Origin: Tubulanus polymorphus
Lineage: Eukaryota > Animalia > Nemertea
Assembly (NCBI RefSeq): GCF_964204645.1
Contig: NC_134031.1
Coordinates: 5,580,001-5,644,000, forward strand
DNA: 64,000 nucleotides
Direction of reading: 5' to 3'
The notes below the pieces were generated by a model. The model had not been told where the DNA came from. It made no database searches and worked only from the letters and a program-made list of their open reading frames with translations. The position numbers and the translations under genes are program-made. Shown piece after piece: positions 26,454-40,022 of this stretch. Each line of letters opens with the position of its first letter. Within the stretch, counting starts at the first letter, position 1.

Positions 26454-29400
26454 TTATAGTCTCAACCGCAATGTGGGACTGGATGCCGATGGGCTCAGCG
26501 TCATTCCTGATGTTAAAAATCCCATTTGACAAGTCTTCATTCAATGAAACCTACCACGAACTGACCGAATGAGTTAAATCTCGAGACGAGAATGAAACTT
26601 TAGAAAAGATTAACACTTCGTTTTCAGGTATAAAAAATACATGTATTTTTTATTGTTTAAATAGCGCAAATCCTGCATTTATTAAGATATAACAAACAGA
26701 ACATGGTTTTGATTTATACAAAAAAACAATAGTTGTAAAACAGGTTTTTAATCCATAATAATAATAATATAATATATAAGTATCGTATAATACACTATGA
26801 CCTAAACTAAACCACACAAGACATTTTTTACAAATGCTTCCGAGCATAATTCACATCACTCTGAAATTCGCCGAATATGAATAATTCCTCATTTTTGTTT
26901 CGGTTTTAAGTTTGGATTTGCTCCAACGTACGGATACGATTATCAACTTGTGAGATTGGAGTAAAATCCAATTTGTCGACTTCGATAAGTTCTATTTCTA
27001 ATCGAAAGAATTACATTATTTACACAGATTATCGTTCGAAATAAATCGATCCTATCCGGGATCGAAAAACGGTTAGATAAAATCTTTATTACGAGACCGA
27101 AAAAAATAATTCTTGTGACCACTTCGATTAAATGATCAAATAAAACTAAAAATTCCGATGTTTTACAAATCCATGATTGAAAGATAAAACAAAAATGATC
27201 GTTTTAATTGCTGAACAAAACATTGGAAATCATAATAACCTTAGGCAAGTTTTGAGATTCGATAAAATAACGATTAAAATTACGCATGTGCGTGCGCACA
27301 ATCCGACGCGATGTAAGAAAAATATTGAAATAGAATCGCACTTTCGTAAAAACAGCGGAGAAAACACTCTGTTTAAAATAACGAACATTGCGCAAAGCAA
27401 ATTTCGCATGTTGAAATTTCATAATTCGCGAATTCGTCTGTGGAACCTGTGTTTCATTACGTCAGAACAATTCTTCATATCATTTTTATACAAAATACTA
27501 AGTGATCGAACTGACAAAATAGAAAATAGGTTCACACAAGAAACCTGGCCGGGAAAGATAGCCGATAGAATCTTAAGTAAATTCATTGTAATTATCCTTT
27601 AGGAATAAGTCGCATCACGAAGTAACTTTTCAGAATTTTAACCTTCTATTTCAAAGTTTGTTTTACGTCGTGAAAAAAGGAATAGAAATGTATATGTAGC
27701 GAAATAAATACAAAACCGAACACAAGATACTTATGAAATGGCGCTTTTTCTTCATTCGAACAGTCTAATAGTGGTAGCACAAATATTTTCAGAACTAAGA
27801 ACAATACCATTCATGAGATACAGTGGAACCTTGATAATACGAATCTTGTGGGTGAAAAGTGAAATTGTCTTATTTTTCAAAGCTTGATTGATACAAATAT
27901 CTTAGCCGGGACATGCTGGAAATCATTCGGTTTCAGCTTAAACAGAATCGTATTAACGAGGTTATCAACAACTCAACCAGGTCTCGGTTTTCAAAGTGAA
28001 GAAGAATAAAACTAAACGCTGACCGCAGGGACTAAGTTCAGTTTGCATCTCTAACACATGACCGTCCTAAATTCGTTTAAGTAATCAAATACAAATTAAG
28101 ACCAGAGCCGAGTAGCTTCTTCAAACATTGTTTCAGCCAGGTTAAATGTAACTGGCGTTGTCAGTATATGATAGTCCAGATGTGGTAGGATAGCCACACT
28201 CTGACATAGAGGACATATAATAAGTTTAAAACCGACGCTATATACCAAATTCATAATTTTCACGCCTAATAATGGTCTCTAGAGAGATTCCGAAATGTCG
28301 TGCTTTTGACCTTGATAGTCCAGATATGGTTTATTTCATAAACAAATACTTTGATAAAACGCCCTCAACTCACATACGCTAGACGTATTATAATAGTTAT
28401 TAGATTAAGTATCAACCGTGTATCAACGAAACTGGTATACAAATGTATGAAGTGCTATGATAGCCGAACAATTTCCTGTCTACATTATTGTCGAGGAAAC
28501 ATCCATTTCATTTGAATGATCTACTAAATGCCGTCTTTTAGAAAGAAAGAAAAAGATCAAAGAAAAATGCGAAAGTGCCTAAAACGAAAAACAAAAATTA
28601 ACATTTTGTGATTCGTTTTCGGGAACGCACGAAAACCACGCATTCTAAGCTCTGAATTTTTTTCTGAACACGAAAGATACCGATATGCTCGAATATAGCG
28701 AGTCTTCCAAATACACGCACGAGGAAAAATAGTTCTTCATCTAAGAATTGAAAATGATGTAATGGGAGTTTCTTACAAGTAACATTTTCCGTATCGAGCA
28801 GTCGTGCACGAACGAGGCTTGTCCATCTTTGATGTCCCGCATTTCGAATAACAGAAATTACAAATATAACCATCTCGTTCCATGAATCTATGAATACTTC
28901 GGCCTTTGAAGAGGGAGAAGTCAGCTGAAAGGGATCTTTGCATTCCTTTGAATATCATAATGCGAATTCCCGGAAAAAAATGGCACACGTCACGAGAAAA
29001 CGATTTCGCGTAAAGAAAGCCGTTTATGCGAATTTTTCCCGATTTGTGTGGTTGCACCGGTTAACGCGGGTTAGTTTTTTTAAGACCGCGCGAGCGTCTT
29101 TGATGATCGCGATCTTCTCAAAGCGAAACGGGACACGCATGTACGAGACGCTGCGAAGCTAGCCGTCGATAACCGGCTCGGATTTCGAAACGTCAACTTT
29201 CATTCGGATCAACTCGGACGAAAGCGGATGCGTTTTCGTCATCGTCATCAATTATTCAATCGCCGCCGAATTTCATCGCAACCGGTTTTTTTTTCATTTG
29301 CGGCCGCTATCCGTCGAAAAGACGTGATTCATCCACGGATCGTATTTCGATCTCGAAGAACGCAACAGAAGTTACGTTACGACAATCCGGCGCATAGACA

Positions 29401-29837
29401 CCGATTGCGTACGATTGACACACGATCAAGTGTTATTTTCTCAAGGGTGTCGTCGGTCGGAACTCTTTCGACGCGAGATCGATACGTTCTTCGATCGCGG
29501 TGACTTCTTCGTGTTCATTTTTCGTTCGAACGAAAATAATCGAAATGATGTAGCGGGTTGAAAGTTTAGTACCGTAGATGCCACGAATGACGTCGGGTCA
29601 TTTCGGACCGTAGAAATTTCAAAGAATCAAAAGAATCGCTCAACAAACAGTTTAGAGTTAAGCAGTGATCTGAGTTAGATTCAGCAGGGCCTACTTCTAC
29701 CTGATACATGTGTAAAACTACATTTTCGCTAAGAAATCAGATGCAACAGCCTTGAAGGAACTTTGTACTAAATTACAGAAGCAATCTTCCGCGTGCTTAG
29801 GTTATAAACCGAGAAATGATTCGCGTATGAAATACAG

Positions 29838-29945
29838 GGCCCGGTTGCAGAGTTGTGAGTTAGAGTTAACTCTGAGTTAAAGTTACTTCCTTTTCAATGT
29901 TTTAACTCCTGAGTCAAATCTAATTCCGAACTGTGGAACTGGGAC
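29838..29945. mobile_element. MITE, PIF/Harbinger-like, within candidate 3' UTR
   Basis: Imperfect TIR GGCCCGGTTGCAGAGTT...AACTGTGGAACTGGGAC flanked by CAG/CTG. Confidence 0.5.
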
Positions 29946-30190
29946 CTGATGAAATTTCCTGTGTTTATCATTTCAGGTTCACAACCGATTAATATTCTCG
30001 CAAATTATTCCAGATGCGCATGCCATCCTGCGATTTCATTGGTCGAGAACCTTCGACAAGGCGTACGATAGCTAAAATGATTCCGTTGATAACTACAACC
30101 ATTTTCGGTATCTTTCATTTTCGAAAACAAAAAAGAATTAGGCCTCCTCTTGTCTAACAAGGGAACGCGTCTAAAAGTCTATTGCACCTA

Positions 30191-30227
<37 letters not shown>
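30191..30227. repeat. (AAT)n microsatellite
   Basis: About 12 AAT units. Confidence 0.95.
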
Positions 30228-30231
<4 letters not shown>

Positions 30232-32442
30232 TATACAATATCTACATTTTTTTACAGCGAGTGAATCATCATCGGCGAATCCTTACAGAACTCGTCGAAA
30301 TAATCAGTTAAAAATCACAATAACTCAGTCGGAGATAACATAACTCATGAGTTTAATGACTTCAAAGGTTACGTATGAGTCAAGGTTAGAGCTTTGAAGC
30401 ACAGTTTCGTCTATTCTCTTATCGAATTGATTCGTTCCAGTTCCGATTTGAAAATTTGAATTTCTTTGAATAAGAAATTTCCAGTGCGACACCATCTCAG
30501 CTCGAGAAATGTCGGATAGCGCGGCACCCGACGGCATGTTCAGAAACAGAGGTAAAAAAGCTGTATTCACCTCGCAAATCAAAACTGGTCGTTTTCAACT
30601 TTCGAAACGAAGCGACCGATTTGAAACCAGGTACAAAGATGAAACGAACCCTGAACTGTGGAACATTGATCCGTCTTCAAATTTGGCCATCTAATCAAAA
30701 CTAGATGCCGACGACCTTATCGCTGGAACTAACAAGGATCAAGGGCGTCACGGCTTGTGAGACCTAAACAGTTGTTTCCAATCTCGGACACGTACCACTT
30801 CCTGCCGCGTATGAATTGTTTATCTTCCGGGGGGACCCCTTGACCATCAGAGACCATCAGTCAGTGCTGTTGCTAGCCAAGTTTTGTCCCGAAGTCACAC
30901 ACACACACACAATACCATCATCTACATCGATACCAAACATCCATTACCTTAATGTTACAATCAATGATAGATCGACGGTCGAGGATCGTTCGAGAGAGAC
31001 GACAACGCGAGGCGCAGTTCTCTTATCGCCGTCTCTACACATGACTTCGTAACTCATACATAATCCGCATTAACTCGGGGCTATCAATCGTTTATCTTCG
31101 ACTGATGGCTTTTCTTATTCAATAAAGCTTTGCCATCGTCCGATACCGTTTATATATGTACAACCAGAGAATGTTATATATATATATACAAGGAACAGGA
31201 TAGATAGGTCAACCTAAAATGATGTAATTTTACACATTTTCATATCAATTACTCTGTTTTCGACCTACTATAGTTATCAATCGTATTGTCCTTTGTATTT
31301 TTGTATACATATATAGATATATTCTGTGTTATTTTTTTGTATATATATGTACATACATCTATGTATTCTCGAATTCATTTCTATTTACAGTAAATTTTTC
31401 AGCATTTATAATAACAATGTAGCAGTGCAAATCCGAGCTTACACCGGATCCCCTTAAAACAGCAGTCGCAAAAAAATTCAAACAATTTTTCCACCGTTCA
31501 ATGCACTTAATCGTTTAGTTAAGCATAAACGCAATATTTCAGAATCCGAACGAATCAGAAGGCGGATTGAAATATTGCGCTTAGACTAAGCCATATCAAC
31601 TTCCGGGCGTTACTTCCTTCCCCTCTGATTGCCGCGCGCATGGGTCCGATTGAGCTAGAAGACAAGACCCATTGCACACACGCGGGGGGAGGAGCTGTCG
31701 ATCGTTTTCATATTTTTGCGTTTCGAACTAAAATCATCCCGCCAAAAATGTCACTCGTATGTTACGGGGTCGATTTCCCCGCAAAGCATTATTCGACTCG
31801 AAAAAAAAGAAAAAGCACCGGAAAAACTGAATAAAGTTTTCGATGTTCGACTTTACGCTATGGGCAGACGGATGATGTACCTTCCATCTAAAAACAGGCA
31901 CAGGTGTAGACGCTTTTAGCGCATGCGAAATAGTCAGCTAATTACTCCCAAAAGTCTCGTGACGATGAGTCAGAAGAGGTACGAATCCCGAGGACCCGGA
32001 ATAATAGATCCGCAGCAGATTATCACTCTCAATCTTTCGATGACTTTCGCTTTTTATTTCTGAACAAATGAACAATCGTCAGTCGTCATCGTCGTCGCGA
32101 CAGCTGTTATCCGAATTACCCGCATCGTCGTCATGGGTAACAACAAACGTGTGCGCGCGTTGCTATAGAAACTAGATATCCGAGGGAGATGCAGTCGCCT
32201 ACGTTCGAAAAAAAAAAATGTTGATCGTTGTTACGAAACCTTCCCGCGTTGAACGTAACACATTCTTCTGAAGTACGGGCAACACATAGATAGTTGATAA
32301 TTACACAAATTAGACAGCGCTACTTCACGAGCGAAGTAGAAAGAAAACTCTGAGACAATCATATATTATTACGTTCTACGTTTAAATCACAATTCATCGT
32401 TGTTTTTTTTTTCGTAAAAAGTTTTCAGCTCCGCCGACGAGG

Positions 32443-32710
32443 CTATACCATGAAACCGTCCGATACGGTAGCACCGTGTATTTGAACGCGCATCGTCTGC
32501 ACGGAGTTCATCAGCTTTTTCTGATGTCCGACCAACGTGATGCCCATGTTGACGAGGTCTTTCAGCGTGATCTTCGCGATCGAGTCAATAGTTGCATAGC
32601 CGTATTGCAGGAAACTTTCGAGGTACCGTTCCATTTTAATACTAATCAGCCACTCCTCCAACGAGTCGTAGCGCGTGAGATCAACGTTCGTTTCATACGT
32701 GTTGTAGGGC
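32443..32710 (-). CDS. Eph: Eph terminal coding exon: SAM domain and C-terminal PDZ-binding motif
   Basis: TATTTTCTAG|G; phase 2; ...SLEEWLISIKMERYLESF...DLVNMGITLVGHQKKLMNSVQ...SDGFMV then TAG at 32443-32445. Confidence 0.95.
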
Positions 32711-32795
32711 CTAGAAAATACGAAATATAAATACGACGTTTTACAAGTAGTAGGATTCTACATTCAAATGTTACAACATTACCATTAGGATCCGG

Positions 32796-32937
32796 GGGTC
32801 GGTTGCTTAGTCATGACTTACACTTAAGACCAGTCTAAGACCAAGTTAGTTCTATAGCCAATCTAACAACTTGAGACCAGTCTTAAGATTGAAGACCACT
32901 GTCTTTTGGACTTAAGTTACGAGTGTGCAACTGGCCC
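32796..32937. mobile_element. PIF/Harbinger-like MITE, copy 1 (last Eph intron)
   Basis: TIR GGGTCGGTTGC...GCAACTGGCCC; same family as 51289-51494. Confidence 0.75.
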
Positions 32938-33807
32938 CAGCATCACAAAAAAGATGTACTCAATTTTTTGGTTTAATTGCTGTTGCCAGGGTGGACGGAC
33001 CTAGGAAAATTGGAAGGCCGGGGTCCAGAAGAAAAGAGAAGGTATTTCTCGGATGAGGTAGCCAAACACGTAAAACATAGACAGAAACTGTTTGATTTTA
33101 CATGCAATCTAGCAATTTCAACAGTATGACTGATTTTTCACTGATTTTTATATTTTCATAAAATTGACCCCTCGAATAATATTTCCTTCGTTTTCTAATG
33201 AACTCCTCGGACTGAATCCCAGGATCTTCCCTGGAAAAAAATCAATCCCTAATACTTTGGATTTAACAAGGAACTGGACACCACAAATTAGGCACTTCAG
33301 CCGAGCGACATAAGCATCGGAAATGCGATGTGAAGAGATCTTGATTATTTCCGGCCGAATAGATTTATATATACACACACATCTTTAGAGAGAAAGTAAC
33401 CGATGGTTTCAGCGAGTTGTCACCACCAGCACCGGTACCGCTAACCGACAACAGAAGACAATCTAGCGTGGCGATATAATGAAGCTAGTTTGAGCGTCGT
33501 CGCGAAGGAGATACATGTGTTCGCCCGCGACGTTATCGGCACGGCAACGACGACGATGAAAGTCAATGTTTTTATCGCTTCTCACCAACAGCCTTTTATG
33601 GTACGTGCGTTAACGGTACATATACTCACCGGTAGTACGCGACTACGCCGTGTCGAACAGTAGGCTACATATACCGATAACGAAATTGAATCGCTTCATG
33701 TTTTTTTTCCTGGCCTCACCGCTTTATCGACTTCCTGGCGAAGCTAGCATTCGTTTATTTAAATCTCCGGCTCGATGGGAATTTGCGGTTTGCCCGCGCT
33801 CGCTTAC

Positions 33808-33950
33808 CTTGGTTTAGCAACTTTCCTCAGCAGTTCAGGTGCGCGTATCAATTTGTCTATTGTTCGTACTGTAGCCGCGAATTTCGGTCGGTGGCTTCGC
33901 TCTTTTTGCCAGCAGTCGAGCATTAATTGATGGATGGCCTCCGGACAATC
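33808..33950 (-). CDS. Eph: Eph kinase C-terminal exon
   Basis: CTTACAG|GAT...CCAAG|GTAAGC; 143 nt, phase 0 to 2; [24 protein letters not shown]...[17 protein letters not shown]. Confidence 0.95.
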
Positions 33951-34619
33951 CTGTAAGGGTAAAAAAGAGGAAGCTCTCAGTCTACATACAGTCTACCGTT
34001 CATCCATAAAGAGAGGATCGCGCGCACGGGTCTCATCCGTAAACAACCATTCCGGCTTTGATTAGCATCGTAAGAATGAACGAAGCCTCGGGGAACGAGC
34101 GTTTGAACGGCGCGAAGCGTATGATGACCTTCGACTGACATTTGCAGGGTGGTCACTGAGACCCGGATAAACCACAATACCCGATTGATCTACTATCGAT
34201 AAGGACCCGGAGCCATATGTCTGCGTCTGGTTTCATAGATTGGCTAGTTAAGTACTTAGAACCCGAGCAAGGAATCTTTCAACAGCTATTTCCGAAGTTT
34301 GTTCTGCTTAATATATGATCTCTATAACCTTGCTCGATAGCCAGTCTATGAAAGCAGCCACTGCAATAAGTACAAGTACAAGTTTTTCTATAAGTTTTGA
34401 CTTTAACTTGAAGTTATCAAAATTTAAAACCGGCCCGTAAAAGCAGTGGCCAGTTGCTCAGAAGTTGGAGTAAGTCAAACATTTGATCATTTCATATTCG
34501 CAATGCAGTTTTGATAGTAACTATATCAGTTATCTAAGCGTTATCTTTAACCAACTTCTGAACTTCCTATACATCATGACCGCTTTGAATCTGGATCTCA
34601 ATTTGGAATAAGTTCTTAC

Positions 34620-34814
34620 CATCGGTGGGGGTAAACGGTAACCTTTTTCGACGGCTTTTATAACGTCTTGATTCGACCAATTCCAATATGGCCGTTCGCC
34701 GTATGACATCACTTCCCACATGACGACTCCGTAACTCCAGACGTCCGACGCTGATGTGAATTTGCGATACGCGATCGCTTCCGGTGCGGTCCATCGAACT
34801 GGAATTTTACCTCC
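34620..34814 (-). CDS. Eph: Eph kinase exon (P+1 loop to LPPPM)
   Basis: TTTTGCAG|GGA...ATG|GTAAGA; 195 nt; [29 protein letters not shown]...GYRLPPPM. Confidence 0.97.
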
Positions 34815-35027
34815 CTGCAAAATAGATGGAAAAGTTCTTACATATACGTGCCGAATGATATCAATTTAATGTCACTACAAATCAATGATCATCTCAGATA
34901 TCGAAAACTGACTTCAAATCAGTCAGAAAAGATGACTGAAAATCTTAGATTACCGTTCAATTGGTTTTTGTAAGAAATATTTGAAAGGAATCTTGTATAG
35001 TACTGAACCCAGTTCCATTGTTCTAAA

Positions 35028-35293
35028 CCCTTTCAGTGATGACTAATTAATACCCGAAAGTGCTGCAGATTAAAAAAATAAAAGAATCCCACCCAGTGTG
35101 TTGAATAATAGTCATACTGCTACACCATGGTGCGATGTACCATTAGTTACCAATATTTCACTATGTTTAATAGGTGCTGCCATCTTTCAGATAAAAACTT
35201 TTACTCATAATATCAATACACTGCGATGCGGTGAACTAGCAACGTCCATTACCGAATTATACACCGCACCACGGTGTAGCCACGCTGAAAGGG
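35028..35293. mobile_element. Non-autonomous piggyBac-like MITE
   Basis: CCCTTTCAGTG...CGCTGAAAGGG flanked by TAAA/TTAA. Confidence 0.75.
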
Positions 35294-36376
35294 TTAAGTT
35301 TGACTCAAGAGTCAATCAGTTCATTTCTGGTGAGTCAAACATTAACTCTGTTGCTGTTCAACCACTTGCTAGGAAAGGAGAAACAGTACACCCAGGTCAC
35401 AGCTCTGAGCTAGCAGAGCTAGAGGAACCCTAATAATGCTATGAAAAGACCGATTCAAAGCGTCGCTGAAGAGAAATGGAGCCAAACTAACACTACATCC
35501 TCTCATAGCTAGCAGAAGTGTAAATTCTCCATTTTGCTTTATGAAAGGGTATGGATTACTAGATGTCGCTTAAAAAAAGGTCTAATTCCATCTGAATTTC
35601 ATCCTTTATGTACATCGCATCGCGTATAATCGGGGACTTGGGTTGTATACAAATCTGACTTCAGTTTACTCAACTGTGCTATACATGCTGTAATGAGTTG
35701 TGAATCAGGACCAGCTGCTAGTCGGGAATTGTATTAGATTTCCTTCGTTCGGTAAAACGAATGCGACGAATGCTAAAAAATTCAATTTATCGAGCTAAAC
35801 TAATTCAGGTATGGTACGACGACGATGACGACGACGTAATCTAGACATGGAATGGAGAGACAAATTCGCCCGGAGAAAAAATGGAGGAGAACGGATGAAA
35901 TTACGGCGAACACCTGTTGATATGAGTCACCTCGGATTATTCTCTCTCTCTCTCTGTCTTGGAGCAGAAAAATGACACGATATATCAAATACACGATACG
36001 GAATTAATTTCGGACACTAATTTCTGAAATAAATCTTCCGCGAGATTTTTTTTGGATCAGATTAATCTGCGAGCATTGACATAAGTCTATAGATCTATGA
36101 CTAATCACGGATGCCGCGCCATATAAACTTGATTCTATGTGCGCGGACTAACAAAGCATCTAGTTATACAGTTGCGCGTTCAATCTGTCAGATTCAGGCG
36201 CCAATTCACCGGTTACGGGCTCAAAATGACACTGAACCCAAATGCCAGTTTCGGATTCGATTTGTCTCTGGATCAACAGTGGCGATACTTAGTTTTACCA
36301 AGTAATTCAATTCACGACCAAGAAGTTCCACAGTACCTGGGTTTGATTTCTCAGTTCCCCAGTTGTGTGGGTTTAA

Positions 36377-36656
36377 CCTTTTTAGCGCCAACTATTTAAT
36401 TCCCGAAAGTGTTGGAGATGATTTGAAAATTTTAAAAATTCCACCTGTGTATTGAATAGCGGGCATACTGCTATTGCGCATTTACACCGCGGTGCGGTGT
36501 ATGATTAGTAGCTAATACTAAACTCAGTTTGGCAGGTTCTGCCATCTCAGAGATGGAAACTAACTACTGATTACATCAACGCTTCGCAATGCGTTTTACT
36601 AGCAAAGTCCATCAACGATTGAAACACCGCACTGCAGTGAAGATGCGCTGAAAGGG
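36377..36656. mobile_element. Non-autonomous piggyBac-like MITE
   Basis: TTAA|CCTTTTTAGCGC...GCGCTGAAAGGG|TTAA; internal similarity to the 35028 copy. Confidence 0.75.
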
Positions 36657-36824
36657 TTAAATCTGGTTCAACACCACAATGGTTGCAGTGGGTTCGTACT
36701 TGATTTAAAACAGACAAACTTATTGAACCAAATGAGTACCGGTATCGTAGAAGTTCGAACTATAAACGATGCATATAAACGTCATCTCGGCAATTTATTC
36801 CGCGCATGTTTGAAGGGATCTTAC

Positions 36825-36938
36825 CTTAGTTGTATAGGCGCCATCAGTATCGTCGCTTTCAATTTCTCGAGATAATCCGAAATCGGCGACTTTACAAACA
36901 AGATTCTCGTTAGCCAGAATGTTACGAGCCGCTAAATC
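36825..36938 (-). CDS. Eph: Eph kinase exon (catalytic loop, DFG, activation loop)
   Basis: TTTTGTAG|GAT...AAG|GTAAGA; 114 nt; [38 protein letters not shown]. Confidence 0.96.
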
Positions 36939-38559
36939 CTACAAAATACAATTTCAGATACACAACATTTAGTGAAAACGCTTTATGACAGGGTAATAAT
37001 GGACGACATGATGTCGCATTAATGATCTAACTCTATCTGAACTTGTTTAGATTTAATAATAGCCAGAAAGAAAGGTCCCGTAATGGACTTTTGACATCTA
37101 AAAATAGGGTTCGTCCCTCTTATCTATCTGCTAGGTAAATATCATTTGATTAAGTGTCCTTGACGTTCCCCCCCCATGCCTGGAGCGAACAGAGGGTTTG
37201 TAGCCGACACAAAATCCAAGTCCACCTGGAGCTACCATCTGACGTCTTTGGACGCCGTGATTTGGATTTTTTTCGGAGTCACCCCTATTCGATACAAGCA
37301 TGGAAATCATTGTGAAGATACCGGCAATCAAAACCTATGATTTGTACCGAAACTTTCAAGTTTCCGGTAAATAACTGATTCTAACCATCTATAAGCTCCA
37401 GGGGTGGACCCAGAGGCTAATTTTGAAGGACTTGTCACATCCCAGAAGGGCGCATTGATGTCCAAAAAGGCATTATTAGGTGTACTACCGCACTGAAATG
37501 CACCAATAATCTTTGTTGACAAAGTAGAAAACTGGCACTCAAAAAGATTCGATGAACTTGTAAAAGTCTCAAAAGTCCCCCTGGATCTGCCAGTGAACTC
37601 ACTATATTCAATGAATGCTGGCTGAATCGAAACATACGTCCTCCGACGATTATACGCGGAACCTCCGAACCAATTTCGATTCAATCTATCGCGGTAATAC
37701 GAAGCTATTTCAGGAAGCTTTTATACAGTTTAATAGCGACGTTATGTGATGCAAGACTGCGTCTCACGTTAGCTAAGACCGGTGGAGACTTTATACCGCT
37801 AGCGCGGCGGTGGCAGCGGCGAGAGCGGAAAAAATCGATACGAAATAAATAACAATCCCTTTCACCCGACGGCGATGGATTAGGCATGAACGACGGTTAA
37901 AATCATTTCATTTGCATCTAAATCTAATCACAATTGAATACGACGCACGAGAGGGAAAACGCCAACGAACGAACGACGCACACGGAAAGCACAGCCTGTT
38001 TAATTCGATCAGAACCTCTCAGGCAGAAATTTAACACGACGCGACCGACTACGAGATTTTTCCCCCTTATTCGCATGTTATTTCAACGGCGTCCCTACCC
38101 CCCTCGAACCCCCACGGGTGCCGAGAACTGCTTCGCGCGAGTGAATCGTCGTCGAAAAATCTTTACTACGCACCTCTGCAGGTGATTTCGCCGGGTCGCC
38201 GGTGGATTTTCGAAAAAAAAAAAACCAAGTTAAAGTTCGTCGGACTCTTTCCGAACAGCGAGATATCCGAGACGAGCGCGAATGGCGACGAAATAAAAAT
38301 CGAACGAAACCGACGGAATTTATTATCAATTTTTACGATTTCGAAACGAGAGATATTTTTTGCAAAATCGTCATGACGACTGTACGGTAGTATTAATCGA
38401 AAAACGGAACCGATGACAATGACGATGACGACGGCGGTAATCCCTGCGACGCTCGAAATAATCCATCACAATTCCGTCTGGATATCGAAGGGGGAAAAAA
38501 CATGATAATTTCGACGGTAAATTCATAATCGCTGAGCACCGTATCAGATAAATCATAGA

Positions 38560-39008
38560 CAGGGTTCTTACAGGTTCGGCAATTCGATTTTCATACCTTT
38601 TCCAAACCCAGATGATACATTTTCCATACCCCTAATTTTACAAAACATCGCCTACCTGAGTACGCGATGTTTAATGTAGACCTATTCAAAGTAAATGAGT
38701 GTCACTTATTGATACCACTGACAAAGTGTTTTCATAAAGATTCAAATACGTTTTATTGGCTATGTAGAATGTGTGACAACTCAACCAGTCTTTATAAAAA
38801 TTGTTAGTAAAACAATCAGGCACATAAGCGTGGCCTAAAATCCAAAATAGGAAAAAAGGTTAATTTCAATTTGAGAACCCTATTCTGACTTTCCATGCCT
38901 TTCCAATAGCCATAGAGAAAAAAAAAATTTTTCATAGTTCTTTCAAGGGCCTGAGAAAAAAGCCATTTCCAAACTTTCCAAGACTATCCGAAACCCGTAA
39001 GAACCCTG
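38560..39008. mobile_element. MITE with CAGGGTTCTTA termini (hAT-like), copy 1
   Basis: TIR CAGGGTTCTTAC...GTAAGAACCCTG; colinear with 52889-53254; no clear TSD. Confidence 0.65.
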
Positions 39009-39129
39009 AATACGAAGAAAATTGTGGAAATTCGGGTTTAAAGATGTAGAAATGTCAAGATATTGCATTCACGTTTTTTTGTCTAAGTTCTCGCATTAAA
39101 TGGAAATCAGTGATGATTTTTTTGTAGAA

Positions 39130-39345
39130 TTGTCATGTAGAGCAGATGATCTCCATTACGCAACGAAGACAAAGCAAATTGCGAATCTTCAAAAGATGTT
39201 CGCTTAAGATAACCATGCAAAGATTCAACGAAGATTTTTACTTCAAATTACTGGCTACCTGAAAGTGTTTTTAGAAATATTCAATCAAAGGCCAGTATTA
39301 CTTTCGGTCGAGCCAATTTTGTGGAATTTTTGGAAATTGACCAAA
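39130..39345 (+). repeat. Local direct duplication (second copy about 40860-41082)
   Basis: GTAGAGCAGATGATCT...ACGAAGACAAAGCAAATT...AATCTTCAAAAGATGTTC...AGATTTTTACTTCAAAT is present at both sites. Confidence 0.8.
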
Positions 39346-39884
39346 TGGGTACGTCAAATTTGGCCCTACTAAACAATGTGTCGCAAACCAGTTGCAATCC
39401 ACATGCAATAATTTGACCCGTGCTAAAATTGGCCCGGATCGTCATTTTCAGTCGGGCCAAATTTGTCGCAGGCCCATTTGACAACCGTGTTAACACTTGT
39501 TTCGGGTCAAATTTGGCTCGGGCCATAAATATTCGCATGATCGAGACGATGATGGAGACATTTTGGTCCAATCGGCACAGATCAGGCTTAAGTCTAATTA
39601 GAAAGCAATATTCCATCCATATTTTGTCTAGGCCGAAGTTCTCGCATCACCACGAATGGATAACGGTGATTTTTTGTCGAACGTAAAATAGAAGTAATTT
39701 TTATCGGCGTCGACTCCTCGGAGACCGTCTCGCGCGACGTTGTTAGGAAACGCACGGGACGGCGCCGGGTTACAAATCTAATCAACGCGCGTCGTTCCGT
39801 GCCGTCAAACTGTATCATCGATTTTCACATCGTAAATAATAGATTTTCATTTTCGTTTTTTCGGAAATCCACGCGCACGAGAGT

Positions 39885-40022
39885 TGATTGACTTCGCCGA
39901 CTGACTTCATCGACTGACTTCGTCGACTGATTTTTTGACTGACTTCGTCGACTGATTTTGTCGCCTAAATTTGTCGATCGACTACATCGACTGACTTCGT
40001 CGATTGACTTCGTCGACTGACT
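39885..40022. repeat. 13-bp tandem repeat (GACTGACTTCGTC)n
   Basis: About 9-10 degenerate units. Confidence 0.85.

Larger units (their letters stand above)
26640..32442 (-). other. Candidate long 3' UTR of Eph (up to about 5.8 kb)
   Basis: No coding signal; U-rich on the minus strand; AATAAA at 26649-26654 (-) followed by a U-rich tract; more proximal AATAAA near 32053 and 27085; several UGUAHAUA elements. The end point is inferred. Confidence 0.4.

Noticed and set aside
27177-27602. Longest ORF in the track (141 aa)
   Set aside because: A-rich composition and no motif; lies antisense within the candidate Eph 3' UTR.
32476-32730. Plus-strand ORFs antisense to Eph exons (also 48631-48825)
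   Set aside because: Shadow ORFs of the real coding exons.
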